From assembly GCF_006345805.1 (NCBI RefSeq), contig NW_021832123.1:1-64000 (forward strand): 64,000 bases of DNA, read 5' to 3'. Both the position numbers and the translations under genes were made by a program. The stretch is from Octopus sinensis (Eukaryota). Below, in pieces: positions 11,880 to 24,662 of this stretch. The notes under the pieces are model-generated. The model did no database searches. It worked only from the letters and a program-made list of their open reading frames with translations, and was not told where the DNA came from. Every line of letters begins with the position of its first letter. Position 1 is the stretch's first letter.

Positions 11880-12360
11880 ACAAACTGTGTCAAACTATTT
11901 CTACGATTCACCGGGAATTCCACAGGGTGACTTGCTGTCCCCTGTTTTGTTAATCGTCTACCTAGAGGCAGCACTAAGAGATTTTAGGCTTTTTGTGGAC
12001 AATAGCAAAAACAAGGAGATAATACATGCCAATGATTTCGACTTGGTTTTTGACGACGCTGAAACCCTTCGGCATATTATTGAAAGACTGCCAAATATAT
12101 TTTCTAAATGTTTTCTAATCATAACAAAACTGAATACACGAAAATTGATCAAGCTTGATGAATCGTGGAGAATTAAAAAAGTCGGATCACTGCTTGGCTA
12201 CTCTGAAGATGTCGCCCAGATAGAGATACTATCAATCGCTGCGTATTATAAACTTTTAAACATTTGACGTCCAAGAAAACTAAATATATATAGGTTAGCA
12301 GGGTGATCCGCTGGGTCCTGTGCTTTTTGTTATGAGCGTCAACAGTATCACCCAATCGTC
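11880..12360 (+). mobile_element. Decayed non-LTR retrotransposon RT fragment (copy 1)
   Basis: GIPQGDLLSPVLLIVYLEAALR and IIHAND (YADD-equivalent), followed by stops. Confidence 0.8.
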
Positions 12361-13699
12361 AATAATATTTTTCGCCGTCCGAATTACACCCAAATCTATT
12401 CTCGCTGCTTCTATGAGTCCTTTTGTTCTTGAAGGCTCACTGTCTTGAAAAATCTCAAAGATATCGAGCCTCATGTGGTTTTTTTTCTTTTTCTGAAACT
12501 ACCTTTTCGCCCCCCAAGATCTTCTACACGTTGGCCTTGCATGAGATTTTATTCAGACATTATTCTCAGAAACCTTTCCGAACGAAAATTGTATGAAGAT
12601 TATTCAGTTGCTTGTGGTCGGTGGGAAGCCCAGTTTGGTTCGAGGCTGCCCAGTTCTCCATCTATTCAGCGGCAGTGTGACGAGATGCCAGGCGACTTTC
12701 GAAGTTCTGGTCTCTGTCTCCGATCAACACCGACTCGCTGGCTTACGTGCAGGTCGCTGTCGAAGCTGCAATGTTTGGTTAAAGGCTCTCCCTTCCATCG
12801 GGAATGTGATGGAAATGATTGCTTAAGAATTGCAATCTCCCTCCGTGTCAGACTGCAGATCTGTCAGGCCCACAAATGCCGCTGTTGACGTGTACAGTTT
12901 TTACCCTCTGGCTTCGGACTGCCGCTCGTGCCTCTCGCCACAGTGAACTTAATCATTCAGAGAGCTCTCTCTTCTGCAGGTGTCCCGTCAATCCTCGAGC
13001 AAGTTGGACTGGAGAGAGGAGACGGCAAACGCCCAGATGACCACCTTCCCTTATAAGCAGGGAAATTCCTTATTTGAGACTCCACCTGCTCAGACACGCT
13101 CTTGCGCGGAAATCTGTCCGCTGTCAATCCTCGGCACGCTTCGAGACTGGCCGTGTCTCCTAGGCCATTAACTAATTAAAATCTCTCGCTTTGCTTTCAA
13201 TATTGATCAATATAAGTCTTACTTTTACGGGTAGCGAACGAGATCAATTAATCACAATATTATATCTTGGATAAATATGGATTTGCACAAATATCGTGTC
13301 TCAGTAGGACATTACGGCCTAATCTTCATCAAATTTGCATTTCAGCCTTCCTCTCATTTTTCCTTCGTCGAGAACATGCTTTTATATACACTCTGTTGAT
13401 TCCTCGTTTTCAGTGGATTCACTTATTTCAGCCACTGAGATCTTGCAAAGAAAAGGAAGGACTCACCAATGACTCACCCGCCCCTGCAGAAAATGTGCGG
13501 GAACAAAAGAAGAACGTTAGGGAAAATGATGACAGTCCTTAGAGAAGCTGGGATCACCTGATTAGTTATTTTGGGTTTTTAGTGGTCTTGTTTGAATAAT
13601 AATATAAATCAAGTTGGACGGGTATTAAGAAATTATCAAACCGTGAGATATGAAATACGTGAATATGAATTAAAATCGATTATGTAAAAAATATAAATT

Positions 13700-15065
13700 A
13701 ATAATAAATTGCGCTCGTAAGTAGATATGTGTTCTATGTGCGCTGGATGGGAGTCTGTAAGAACATTAGTAGAATGGCTTAAAGGTTGAATTAATAATCA
13801 AATATAAGCAGGCGGTCTCAAAGCAATTCAATTCCTACAACAGGAATTACAAAACGAAGACGAGAAGAAAAACGAGATTATGCTTCTGACCGAAAACGCG
13901 AGGTAAACCCACCAAGCACACGCAATAGGGCCGAACTGGCAATCCAGCAGTCTGAGATCGAACAATTACGTCAGGAAAACGAAAGACTAGTAAGCAATGA
14001 GGCAACTTAGACTAAGCAAATGGATAGTCCCACGAAAAGACCACCAACCTTCGAATCCTATAAAAACGAATCGGTCGCCACCCCACCGAAGCGACAGAAA
14101 GTCTCATTTGTACGCAATCTGGCCAATTAACCAAACAGAAAATCCCCGTGGACGAATCGGTGGTGTCTTCTCCGGCCAAGACCAAAATGTGGAAGAAAAG
14201 TCCATTGCGAGGACTGTCGAATGTGCTGAGAAGGAAGCCCTCCTTGTTTGTGAGCACAATCTCAGTATTCCTCATTTGTATGTGCAGATGGACTCGGTCA
14301 ACATGCAACTGTCGGGGCCCCCCTTCGTCCCCCCTGCCATTGTACTCTTTCTCTTTACTTCAGACTGCCTGCTTCGATCAACTCGAACGGAGGGGGAGGG
14401 GGAATAAACGACTCCACTTGAATTCAGGGTTGTCCCCCCTATTCATTCCAGATTGACCCGGCAAGTAATGAAACTGCAGAATAAAGTAGTGTCGGTGGGG
14501 AACATGAATGAGTTGGTTGGTGAGTGAGTGGTCTATGCCTAGTTGGAGTCCCGCAGTTTGGACGTCATTTCCTCGTGTCTCAAACTACTTCTCAAGTGCG
14601 TGTCCGAACCATTGGTGTGCCACTTCCACTACCGAGCCTTCATGGACCTGACGAGTGGTGACTGAGTGAGAGTGTGTAGGGTACAAGAAGGGGGGACAGG
14701 CAGGCAAGATAAGTGCGTTGATGAGGGAGATTCCCCCCAAGAATAGAGACACCATCGCAGCCCTCATCATTCATCTCAAAAAGTGTGGTTGGTTGTGTCA
14801 TGTCGAGGGTGTCGACTATCAGTGGAGTGAGTGGGGATGACTTGTGTGACGAGTTTGCCCCCATTGTGTTGGCTGAGTCCTCCGAAAACATTCCTCGCAG
14901 GAGATTTGATGAAAAAATGGTTTTACTGTCCTCATGATGTTGCAGGTTATGAGGATACTGTATTCCCAGCCCACTTCCTTGTGGACGGCAGTATTGAATA
15001 CTGGGGGGAATTCCATCAGTAAATGTGTGGCTAACCTTGTAGAAGTGGAGGAAGAAGTGTTTTAA
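13700..15065 (+). CDS. RhoGAP with N-terminal coiled coil, RACGAP1/Cyk-4-like (5' end uncertain)
   Basis: Coiled coil [20 protein letters not shown]; GAP motifs [38 protein letters not shown] and EFAPIVLA; many 21-38 nt introns. Confidence 0.7.
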
Positions 15066-15829
15066 TTATTAAATTTGTTGTATTTGAGGAGGATGGCATT
15101 GACTATTAGTTTCTCGATAGGCTCGTCGTGTGTCTCCACTGATTCCCCCTCCATTGACCTGTCGAACAGAACGACGCTGAATGCCCTACTCCCCAACAAA
15201 TTAGCCACGACGAGTGACTGCTGGTTGTCCTCGAATGACTTGCCCACCTTCTCTCTAAGCTTGCTCGAGTCAGTCTCCAATTTGAAGGTCACAACAAAGG
15301 CCTGAGGACTCCACAATGAGGTGACCAGATGAAGTGTTTTGGGCACTCTTTTCAAATGAAGCACCAACTCGTCCGTGTGGGACTCCATTTTATGTTCAGG
15401 CATTCTTTCCAGTGGTAGATAAAAGTCGGAGACAGCCGCAGCCAAGTACAGGAGTGCTCGCGACCCCAGCACAGCCACAGCCTTCGAACAAATCCTGAGG
15501 TACCTCAAATATTCCCAGACTGTGACGAACTCGACCTTCAGGAGATTGTCGTGTTTGCGTGGTTGAAGGGAGTCTTTGCGGTGAAGGAAGATGACGGCCA
15601 TGTCATTTGCCATGAAGTGGTCGGCCGAGGACGAGCCCCGTCGGCCAGTGCTGAAGTTGTCGATGAATCGGACGGGGTGTCGTTCGAGGGGCACGCGGGT
15701 GCCACCAGATGTGACCACCACTACTCCCCTCTTCTCTTTGTGGTTGTTTATGAACTCTTCTATTTCTCCTCCATCTACTCTCTCTTCTCCTACATCTTGT
15801 GACAGAAATTGCATTAATTCCTCTTCCAT
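15062..15829 (-). CDS. PPCS: Phosphopantothenate-cysteine ligase
   Basis: Intronless 255-aa ORF with [39 protein letters not shown] and FKLETD. Confidence 0.95.
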   Translation of the reverse strand: MEEELMQFLSQDVGEERVDGGEIEEFINNHKEKRGVVVVTSGGTRVPLERHPVRFIDNFSTGRRGSSSADHFMANDMAVIFLHRKDSLQPRKHDNLLKVEFVTVWEYLRYLRICSKAVAVLGSRALLYLAAAVSDFYLPLERMPEHKMESHTDELVLHLKRVPKTLHLVTSLWSPQAFVVTFKLETDSSKLREKVGKSFEDNQQSLVVANLLGSRAFSVVLFDRSMEGESVETHDEPIEKLIVNAILLKYNKFNN

Positions 15830-15898
15830 TACAAGTTAGTTCGTGTTTAAATTTTTATTATTTAATTAACTTATGATCTAAACAAATAATTAATTCAC
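15830..15898. promoter_or_regulatory. 69-bp AT-rich spacer between divergent start codons (putative bidirectional promoter)
   Basis: PPCS ATG at 15829 (-) and PELP1-like ATG at 15899 (+). Confidence 0.55.
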
Positions 15899-18169
15899 AT
15901 GTTGGATCTCGTGTGTCAGTCCTCATTTGATGATAAATTAAGACTCTTCTTGTTAAAAAAATTCAACATTGACAGTTTATTTATCTCCAACATAAATGTG
16001 GTTGGGTGGTCATATAATAATACTCCAGGATAATAAATTCTTTATTATTGTGAACCAACTAATAAAATCTAGTATAAAGTCTGACAAGTATTTTTGTTTT
16101 ATTATTATAACAGATACATCGGCCTCACTTTGATCATTCACTACTCAGAAAAGTCCCCGGAAAAAGATTTTACTGCGAACTTGAATTCTTTGTGGAGTGT
16201 AATATCGGGGATAGTCATGGTTGTCCCACAATCACCCATTCAAGGCCAACGAGGACTTTGACAGTGTCTGTGCGGCATACGCAGCCCTCTCTGTTCTTGT
16301 CAATCGAAATTGTGCAGTTCAGACAGAATTAGCCGACCGGACTATTCCACCCAACCTGAGGACTCTCATCCAACTCCAATCGACCTCGTGCTACGTAATA
16401 TATTCGGGGTCATTTCCAGCAATTTCGATACAAATTATTACTTCTGAGGACGTGTCTCATTTCCAACCCCAAATTGGGACAGAATTGGGTCCTCAAATGG
16501 CTGTACTCCTCGTTTGGCCTGACAGACCATCAAAACATCCACGTTTAGATTGTTTTATATTTCCAATAGTTGTACTTGGATTGTCTCCGGTTCACCAATG
16601 GGTGGTGTGTTGGGGGGGAGGTCACTCCCAAATGTCTCGCATCGTGTCTCCAGTTCGGGGGACGAGTGTTATCCCTCATTGAAGCACTGCTAAAGTCCAT
16701 TGAGGATGGTTTGTCGAGTTTTATATTTGGGGGACTTTGACTTGGATGAGTCGTTTTTGGTGGTCGAACTGCCTCGGAATAACTATTTGGGGTGCATGGT
16801 CAAGACTGCTCATACTCTGACACTGCTTGCCGCCCTATTTGTTGAACAACTCAGGCTATTCGAGTCGTTCCCCTCCTCCTCTGCCATTATGCGGCGTGTT
16901 CTGTCCATTCTAGCCACTTTTGGATCCTCCTCTGCCTCCATTCTAGTCTTTTTCCTGTTTTTGATTGGTTTTCCAGAATAGGGAGGTTTTGGAGACGGAC
17001 TGGAAGGTGGCACTCACTCTCGACCTGTTCCGCGCCACTTTCTCTCTTTTTGACGGAATTGTGAACAAGTTTTATTTATCCTTTAAACTGAGGTGTCCGT
17101 ATTCCCTATTTCCACATTCCATGGAAATCAACCGTCTTCTACTAACATTCCACAGTCTGGTCATATTCGACCTACAAAAATAGTAGTTTCCACTTGTATA
17201 CGCCTAGTCAGACCCACTTGACCATCGTTCTCCAAAGTTGTGTGAACTGGGTCGACAGGGGCGGTGTCCTCTCCTGCTTTGATGGTATATTCTCCTCTAT
17301 TTTGTATTCCGTCATCAAAAATGAGGTTTTGGTTTGTTGTATTGTAGACGGTGGAGTCAATGAGGCCACACGTGTCCGTCCCCATCCACCAACGGCGTGG
17401 AAAACGGAAATATGTCACGTTGGGGGGGACCACCTCGAGTTGTGCCCACCAATCACCGTCGGTAACTCGTGGGATGCTGAATTGTGAGTATAATGTGCAT
17501 TCCTGACTGGCAGTGGTCTCTTCCGTGTTCTCCGTGTTTGGCCGCACGTTGGATTGTTCATTGGTGAGGGATGTTTATGATTTCTGTCTCCCTCGAGCTG
17601 TGCAGAGTGGAGTGGGGAGTAGTCCTGATTGTCGTCTTGCTTTGTATAAGGCTGCAATGTCATTTGTGCACACATGCCACTCCGTCGAGTGTCGCCCTAT
17701 CCTTCTTCACATATTCCGCACTGCACAATTCACCGAACAGTGTCATTCTGTCTATGTACGGCAATGTGTGTGGGAACTTGAAACTGTCCATTCGCGGGTT
17801 ATCCCCTCATCCAAGCCCCACGACTTGTCAGTGCCGACAGTTGCCTCATCCAAAATGGATAGTATTCGGGAGTCACATAATTTGGAAAGTGAGGGGGGTT
17901 CATTGGATAGTCCTGTGGGGGAGGTGTCTGGTGACATTCCCGTTGTGTGTACTGAGACGAGATCTTCCAAGGTCGCTAAACTAGAGGAGGAATGTGTGTT
18001 TGATATTCCTTTGGATGTGATGTTGGAAGTGGAAAGGAACGAACAGGAAGAGGTAGATAAATCGGACGAAAATGATTTTGACTTGTTGGAAGATCAGAAC
18101 GTGGCTGATCTGCCCGAGGACATAAAACTCATGCTCAGTACGTTTGTACCCGATGGTCCTGACGTTTAA
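15899..18169 (+). CDS. PELP1/Rix1-like protein (ARM-like N-terminus, acidic tail)
   Basis: YIGLTLI near the N-terminus and DCRLALYK..ILLHIFR..VRQCVWELETVHSRVIP resemble PELP1 RFEGLCLL and HCRRELY..THPRVP; acidic C-terminus; micro-introns. Confidence 0.55.
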
Positions 18170-18395
18170 ATTTTTAATGATTTTTATTTTTTGATTAAGA
18201 TATATTGAGAAGGTTTTTGGACTTGCACGATTTACATTTCGAGGGTAAAACCAAGAATACATTTTTGTCTGCCTTTTTAAGACGACCTAAAAGCAGATAT
18301 AATAGGCGATGTATAATGGGGGGAATGAATGAATTGATGACTTTATTTTAAACAAAGAAACCAATGACTCCAAATTATTATCATTTGGTCCAACC

Positions 18396-18995
18396 TCACT
18401 TTCGGGATTTTCTCAGCTTTTTAATGTAAGAAAGCGAATCTCCTGAACAAATCCCCAACCAAAACAGGGTGAGAAGAACAAATACTACTGTTCGAGGGTG
18501 CAGTCATCGTCAGTTAATTTAGTTTTCTTGAATACAAGCCAATAGGCCTTCCAAATATACTTCCTGTAACAAGAATACTTAATATAACCAGCTTATATTA
18601 TCATAAATCCCCCTTTTTGTCAAATACCGGTCGGTCGCCCTCCGCACTGCCTGTTTTAGTTGTCTCACAGTAGCACAGGGGGGAACGAACACGTCTGAGC
18701 ATCGGTGGGGTGGTGTACCAAATTGTTTGTTGTCTGCTCGTTGGATGTGAAGTAGAATGGACTGGCCTGTTTCCGCTGAAATGTAATTTCTCAGGTCATT
18801 TATAGTCACATTTTGCGGTAAGTCTGAGAGTAGTGGGGTGTTCTGCTTTTTAGATTCTCTACTCACTTTTATTATTGACCGGATTCTTTTCTTTATTGAT
18901 TTTACAAATGTCATATCATCTTCCACTGCCAGTGTACTTTCTTTTATAATTAAATGTATAAAACCATCAGTCATTGGACACACGATGTCACTCAC
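18396..18995 (-). CDS. SNRNP25: U11/U12 snRNP 25 kDa protein (ubiquitin-like)
   Basis: PLLSDLPQNVT..ISAETGQSI..ATVRQLKQAV..NISW, then (intron 25 nt) KYIWKAYWL..KLTDDDCTLEQ, then LGICSGDSLSYIKKLRK. The last junction needs a GT-TG intron (see findings). Confidence 0.88.
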
Positions 18996-19037
18996 TTATA
19001 TTAATAACAAAAAATAACAAATAATGTATTTCTAATG

Positions 19038-19753
19038 TCAATTTTTAAAAATATTCCTGAAAAATTCTATAATTTTCCTTAAAAATCTCCCAAAAAATGA
19101 GATTGGTTTAGTCTCCTCAGTGCCTAAAAGAGAATCGCCGGAATTTTTTGAGGTGGTGTCAAAATGGTCGCGAGAAACTCCATCTACTTCATTTCCTACT
19201 AAAGCTCTAATTTCCGGTAAAATATTATCCGCTTCCGCACTTAATCTTTCATTTCGTTTTCTTTTTTTTGAATTTCCTGATTCTTCTTCATTCTGGACAT
19301 ATTTTGTAGGGTCCTCTTCCAACGCCGAGTCCAATTTTGTGGCGAGTTCTTCTCCACCCATGGACATGTTCATCAAATTGAACGATCGTTCTGTTTATTT
19401 TTACATTTGTTTTCACCTATTTCGCAGTCGCTCTTTTTGAATTCCTCCCAAAAGTCAGTCCCGGGGAGCTTCCTTTGACCCATTTGATTCTGAATTGTAT
19501 TTTTAAATTACTATAAAAATGCTGGTTCTAATGTTTTTTGCTGGTTTTTCATGATTTTCAAATATTCGTGAACTTTCCTGCAATTTAACAAACAGAAATG
19601 AACATTATTAACTGGCACAGATCTCTTTTTTATTTCTGAGTTTAGTAAATACAAAGTATCAAAACCTCTCACAGATTTTGCTAAATCGAGAGCAAGTTTA
19701 TTGGAGAGTTCTCGGACGTTCGAAAATTTGACTTCCTTGTCAATTCCTGACAT
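19038..19753 (-). CDS. Hypothetical protein(s)
   Basis: ORFs 19511-19753 and 19038-19376 on one strand; basic KKRKR patch; no family recognised. Confidence 0.4.
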
Positions 19754-20595
19754 AAAAATTCGAGTATAATATTATATTCATTTTATTGCAAAAAATGGTT
19801 AGAATTAAAATTTAGTTAATCTTATATTTTTTAAAAAATAACCAAAAAAATCCGTTTTAAATACAAAGTTAATTATTATAATTTGTATTTACCAGAATAC
19901 AAGATACTCATTCGACTGGCGAACAAACAGAGATTATACCTCCCCGTAACAATTTTGGATGAGGATTAAACGTAATTTCTCTTCTAAGTGAACACATGGG
20001 ATAATCTACCAGATGGAGAAAAAATCAGTACATTTGGGGCCTAAGAAAGCTTAGTACAAAAACAAGATCTATATTACGTTTGTTGTTCTACTCCTGACGT
20101 ATACCAAAGCTGAAATGAACATTTTGAATCAATTTCATCGAAACCAAATGAAAAGAATTAAAAACATACAAATCCCTAAAAAATATCAAACTCAACCTTA
20201 TGCAAAAGATGTAATTCGAGACCGAGTACCGTTGACATTCTAGATTCCAGATGGTGATCTTTAAGCAGAGGCTGGGCAGTCTCACTTTGCCGAATATTGC
20301 GATAGAAAATTATTTTGTCCGATCTGATGGCGACTTTTGTAGGATCAATCTGTGAAGAAAGTTGAAAATAGTTCCAACGTTTAAAATAAGATAAGTAACC
20401 AAATTCGACATGTAACTCTTTATAACTACACTATATTTGGACAGTAACTGTCTTTGATTTTTTTCCGATGTAAAACAGTTCTTTTTAAAAACTTATCTTT
20501 GTAAATTCCGAGTGGTTGATTTATTTTCGATAGGCCAGGGAGTAAAAACTCATTATTAATACAAAATATAACACATAAAAAATTATGAATATGTT

Positions 20596-23386
20596 TTAAA
20601 TATCCTTATTATCCGCAATACAAAATTTATGGCAGAGTCCCCCGTCACGCCCCACAGCAAAAACGAGGTCCCCAATCTCCTCACCACACACAACACAAAC
20701 CCTACGACATGACCCCCCCACTCACGTGTCATTAGTAATCAAAATGGGCTGGCTGATGAGGGTAGCCAATTCCTCGCACATTCGGGCATATTTGAACATC
20801 AACAATTCTTTATGCATCAATTTGCTTCTATAACTCGACAAGTCGTGTCGAAAACATCGAATGATCACAGGAAACACGTCTTTGTAAGCCACGTTGTCCT
20901 GAAGTGAGGACATGACCGACTGGAAAGACAAGTTGGATCCCCAATTCTTCAAAAAAGCCAAGAGCGGCCCCCAAAACTTGTCCATGTTTGTCCTACTCAT
21001 CACACAGCAAGCAGTACTGGCAAACATGCACGTACAACTCGAAGAGTGTTTGATACAAATTACATTCGGGGGTGGAGAACTGGGCACAGTAGTCCTCCGC
21101 CCCTCTGTAGTCCCCCAGGTCCTTCACGATTATATCCAACGCCTTTTTGTGGTCCCCCACCTACACGTCACACTCCCCCAAACCTTCCCGTAGAACAGGC
21201 AGAGCTCGTACTTCAGGAAATCGACCGACCTCAACGTGCTCAGAATCTCCGAAACTCTCATTTTGTCGGCAAAGAGCAGAAAATGTCTGAATTTACTCCT
21301 CGCAGTGTCAAAGTCTTGTTCGTTGTAGTGGGGGAGGGTGGACCAATGTGCGCGGATGGTCTTGGCCAAGTACAGTCGACACAACTCGGTGTTGACATCC
21401 TCACTCTGAAGGTCAGTCCTCAACACCCTTCCTTATTCCCCACTCTATACACCACGTGCTCGTAGAACATCTCCAGACAGTCCGGGTAATCCTCCAAAAT
21501 GTCCACAAAGAACTGTTCCTCGCCATCCGCCAGTGAGAGGGGAGGCACGTGGGACGTATAAATCTGGGAATACTCGGAATTGTCACTTTGACTGTCGCTT
21601 CCGGACTGTGCGGGAGAACTGCCTTTATGAACGACATGACCTCCACCGAGTCCTTCATTCTACCACTAAACTGAGGGAGACATCACCGGTTGATGTACTC
21701 TCCCACCGTCTCCAGTCCCGGGTAGGTCTTGTCCCTCAAAACACGTGTCTCTAAACTGGAATGAGGGAGAAATGTGTACTCAATCCAAATGTGCAATGCT
21801 TCCTTGACGTGTTGTTTGTGGTAGTTCAGCAGTGCAAGGAAATGGTGTTTTCCCTTCACCACAAACTCATCCCTGCAGTCCTCCACATCACAGGCGAGGC
21901 CTCTCTCAATCAAATCCTCCACTTTATAGTCCAAGTCTAGTCTGAGGGCGAGTGTGAGCAATGCACAGTCCACACACTACTGACTATGTGACAATACTCG
22001 TTTGTGTTCAGTCGACTTGTTCTCCAAGATATACTGCAGTAGGAAGTGATTGTACACATATGTGTTCTCCACTGACACCACACTCGAGAGGGGAGGACAT
22101 TCGAATCCCACCGAAGGGAGGTCTCCGGGGATCAAATGGGCAGGGACCAGTCCATCATACATTTCTATTATCTACAAATGGAATATACAATCCAACTCGG
22201 ATAACTTCAAACCCAGAATCTCTAAAAAGTCGATCCGCCTCCTTAAAATTGCCTTCCATGAATCTGATGACAGCAGCATTGGCCTGAGTGTTACGGTAGT
22301 ACTAAAAGTAAGCACAAAGGGCCAACATTTTCAAACTCCAAACAAGACATGGTACCCTTGACCACATGCTGTGCAAAGCTGAGTCCTTCCTCAACCAAGC
22401 CGGCAGATATCAAGTTCCGAACTTGCTGAGAATGGGAGAAGGGAGTGAGGGAGAAGACATGGGTGGATGTGTACAATATCACTTGATCCTGTCTGGCAGT
22501 CATGACGGCTCCACCACTGAAGGGAAATGTCTGCTTTAACTGCTGGTCAATCGAGCTGTATATTTGGACTCCGGCCGACCCCAGGGAGATGACGTATGGA
22601 AAGAGGAAGGCCAGAGAGGTGACATCTCCCAGGAACTGTATTGGAGGACGGTCGGACACTCCATCTCTATTCGCAAATATTCCCAGAGAATTAGGCCCCG
22701 TCACCAAAAATAGCCCCTTTTTAATCGACAAACAATTCTCACTGTTCCCACCCGAACGGCATGATTTGCCACGCCTGACTGATTTTCAAATAAACGAATG
22801 AATGCTCCATTCACAGTGTTGAGAATAGAATAGTGATTTGTACAGCCCAGACACACATAGGACTGGTCTACTGCCTACTTGTTATCACTATTCATGACCA
22901 CAGCCGAGACGACTCCATCACAGCTCACTGTCCTCAGTGACTCAAATCGGGTTGAACTGACTTTTATCAACTGCACTTTTCCACGCTGGACAGTCCAGAG
23001 AAAGTCCCCCTCTGATTCCCCGACGTGGACAGACATCACTCCCCGCACTGTTTTCGTCCCGGGTACTACAGTGAAGGACACTTTGTCCACTAAATGAAGC
23101 AGGGAGTTTTGCAGGACGACTATTCTCTCCAGTTCCTCAAACACAAATAATTGTTTTATTCTGCTATTCTATTCATAATTAATGGACTGTGGTACATTCT
23201 CCAATTGAGTTGATTTGGATGGAATTGGCGGAGTTTTGTCCTTATCCTTATTGAGTGACAGTTTGATGAGGTTTCTAAGTATGACTGTGGAGGGCACCTA
23301 CCCATTGGTCGTCCCGATGTATATATTTGTACTGGAAATGTCCACGGCCGAGATCTATGGGTGATTAGAAAGGACTGACTGGACAT
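20596..23386 (-). CDS. TGFBRAP1: TGFBRAP1/Vps3-type CORVET subunit (CNH domain, clathrin-like repeat, C-terminal Zn module)
   Basis: FLVTGPNSLGIFANRDGVSDRPPIQF..FPYVISL..DQQLKQTFPF is TGFBRAP1-like; terminal CVVCGEEIG..HKFC; many micro-introns. Confidence 0.8.
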
Positions 23387-23699
23387 TTCCGCAGTGAATC
23401 GTTAAGAATATCTAATAGACAGCTCAGTTCAAAGACATTTGAACACATTTCACTAAAAACTAATTATTACAAATACATTGTTTTAATATTCCATTTATAA
23501 TAAATAATAATTTAACTATTTTTAATATTGAGTTTCAAAGTGGTATACACAATCTGGCCTATTGATTCGCGATTGCCCATAAGTGGATGTCTTCGAACTG
23601 CCTTCAGTCCCCTTCATTCATTCTTCAAATATCCCTGCCAGAAAAGCATGCGGAAATGAAACACATTAACTGTCACCACATCACGTTGACCGCATTTTA

Positions 23700-24560
23700 A
23701 CAGGATTATTATTAAGAGCACTTCCGATAAAATTTAAGTCTCCCTTGTGCCGTGTCATTCTTTCCGTTAGTCTCGACTATAATTTTCTGTTGCGTGCAAT
23801 ATCTTTGTCCAGGTCGTCCGCCAACTTGGACCAACCGTATCCTCATTTATGATGGTCGGAAGCGTCGTTCTTGGTCTTCCACGAAATCCAGACCCTGTTT
23901 GCGCCAAGAAATAATTCTGGTCGTTTAAACGTAGGCCACAAAGGCTCCATCTGAAGATATCATCTGACAAGACACTGGATTTGCAAATGTTTTCATTAGC
24001 TGTGATTTTATTTGTGTTCTGTGAAAAAATCAGGACGGTCGTGTTTAGAGATTCCCCACGTGCCAGAGTTATAAGTAATAACCGGGATGATAAAAGCCTT
24101 ATATATTCTGAGCCTGATGTTTAATCCTATTTTTTGTGACTCCATATTTCCGATATTTTTTTAATGCTCCCGTAGCAAGAATCCTCATGCGAGTAACATC
24201 TTTGGGGTCTCCAGGATGCGAGTCCGGCTTCTTTTGCCTACTCCATGATTCGTCGGATTTTCAATCAGTACGTGTATGCATTGTAGATTCCGTTTTATCC
24301 AAATTTACGGATAAAAATAATTTCGAAAATACGTAATGTGCTGGAGTGTTTGAATATCCTGAGGCACAAAGTCCAGATCGTCTGCATAAATCATCTCCTC
24401 ATAATTGTTGCCAACGAGAGCTCTTAACTTTCTTAGTGCTGCTTCAAAGTATACAACAAAGAGGACTGGAAATAGCGAATCCCCCTCGGATCTTTGTAAT
24501 GGGATTAGCCATCCTTTTCCAATATCCAACGATTGTCATCCTGAAGAGACCGATTGAAAA
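23700..24560 (-). mobile_element. Decayed non-LTR retrotransposon RT plus 3' fragment (copy 2)
   Basis: EGDSLFPVLFVVYFEAALRKLR..MIYADDLDF and downstream GRPRTTLPTIINED. Confidence 0.8.
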
Positions 24561-24662
24561 CATGGGTGATTATTGTAGCTAGCTCCTATAATGCGTGTTT
24601 TAAAAGTTCTGCCGGGATATTGTCTGGCCATGCCGGTGAAATATATAAAAGAGGAAAAGCAT

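Noticed and set aside
12445-13200. GC-richer ORFs downstream of LINE copy 1
   Set aside because: No motif in any frame and no consistent splice pattern; possibly TE-derived but unsupported.
19860-20560. Possible spliced gene on the minus strand
   Set aside because: Could not build a consistent exon chain or recognise a family.
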